Source: an uncultured Clostridia bacterium (GTDB lineage Bacteria > Bacillota > Clostridia > Monoglobales > Monoglobaceae). Taken from it: DNA of 64,000 nt. The notes beneath the pieces were generated by a model. That model was not told the origin of the DNA. It worked only from the letters and a program-made list of their open reading frames with translations, and did no database searches. How positions within the stretch are numbered: position 1 is the first letter of the stretch; every line of letters starts with the position of its first letter. The translations under genes were made by a program, and so were the position numbers. Of this stretch, positions 63,399 through 64,000 are shown one piece after another. The stretch is from assembly GCA_910580105.1 (NCBI GenBank), contig CAJTWN010000008.1, positions 8,610 through 72,609 on the forward strand, read 5' to 3'.

Positions 63399-64000
63399 AT
63401 TCTTACCTTCATTTTTGTTATTTTTTATTGTTTTCAGCAAATATTTAAAATACTCAAAAAAGGCCACTGTATTGGCCTTTCTTTTCGTTGTACTCATTAA
63501 ATCATTAGAATATTATCTGCTCAAACATCCGCTGGGAAAATTCGTCCCACAATCCCGTTTAATCCTATCCATTCTCATTTTGATAATGTCAATCGTTTTG
63601 TTTCACAAAATGATAAACCTAAATATATATAAGCTCATATTTGCGTTGCTGTTTATCAATGCGTATTCGGACAACATCATTTACATTTCTGAATTAATTA
63701 TTATTTTGGCCTATCCCCTGCATCTTCAGCATCTTATTCTAAACCTCCCACATGCTCTGCTGTCATCTTTTCTCTTTCTTTTCATAAATATTGCTGCTAC
63801 TCTGCCTGTATTTTATTTACTTGTCAGAAAAGTATTGAACCCAATGCTGGATGAAACGTATCCGTCTGTATACTGGAAATACATTTTTATAATACCAATT
63901 GTCTTTTATTTCATCTTCCGTCTTGTAATTTATCCGGGTTATTCAACACTGACCATTGTTGCTTCACATAAAAGCCTATTCCTGGAGTTGTTTTGGTTTT
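63358..64000 (+). CDS. polytopic membrane sensor domain, probable AgrC/GHKL-type histidine kinase (3' end outside the window)
   Basis: My own translation from TTG at 63358 (AGGAGG 8 nt upstream) stays open to the window end and encodes about 6 hydrophobic helices. The kinase domain is not in the window, so the call rests on context. Confidence 0.5.
   Translation, partial: MEPVPFILLLTLVRFLPSFLLFFIVFSKYLKYSKKATVLAFLFVVLIKSLEYYLLKHPLGKFVPQSRLILSILILIMSIVLFHKMINLNIYKLIFALLFINAYSDNIIYISELIIILAYPLHLQHLILNLPHALLSSFLFLFINIAATLPVFYLLVRKVLNPMLDETYPSVYWKYIFIIPIVFYFIFRLVIYPGYSTLTIVASHKSLFLELFWF

Overview
Low-GC, by eye about 40% (not computed), Firmicutes/Clostridia-type chromosomal window, probably from a spore-forming anaerobe; this taxon call is an inference from gene content. 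Most genes are housekeeping and lie on the minus strand. From the left: plsC (partial)-cmk, ychF, glmM, then a cdaA-cdaR c-di-AMP module, proS, dpaAB (dipicolinate synthase), and an AgcS symporter. Next come a beta-glucoside PTS with a GH1 enzyme, pgsA, a thioesterase, pyk, ilvE, malQ, valS, galE, and pnp-rpsO. These are followed by a YtrA-type GntR/ABC operon, yceD-rpmF, the full rimP-nusA-ylxR-ylxQ-infB-rbfA-nrnA-truB-ribF cluster, nrdR, and ktrBA. One tRNA-Pro(CGG) is present. I saw no rRNA, no CRISPR array and no recognisable defence system.

Accessory or unusual content:
1. A tyrosine recombinase gene is followed 3 bp after its stop codon by a perfect 22-bp inverted repeat pair. The pair brackets a 200-bp segment that carries a perfect consensus sigma-A promoter. 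This is a candidate invertible promoter switch and is my top finding.
2. A 534-aa collagen-like protein has 23 tandem 36-bp units and a BclA-like tail.
3. A clear homologue of the tryptophan attenuation protein TRAP (mtrB) sits in front of pyk.
4. An IS3-family element is inserted into the loop of an intrinsic terminator.
5. A promoter-plus-terminator leader lies in front of rimP-nusA.
6. An AgrA/AgrC-like LytTR two-component pair runs off the right edge.

All product calls come from reading the translations by eye. No database search was run, and start codons are the least certain part of the coordinates.
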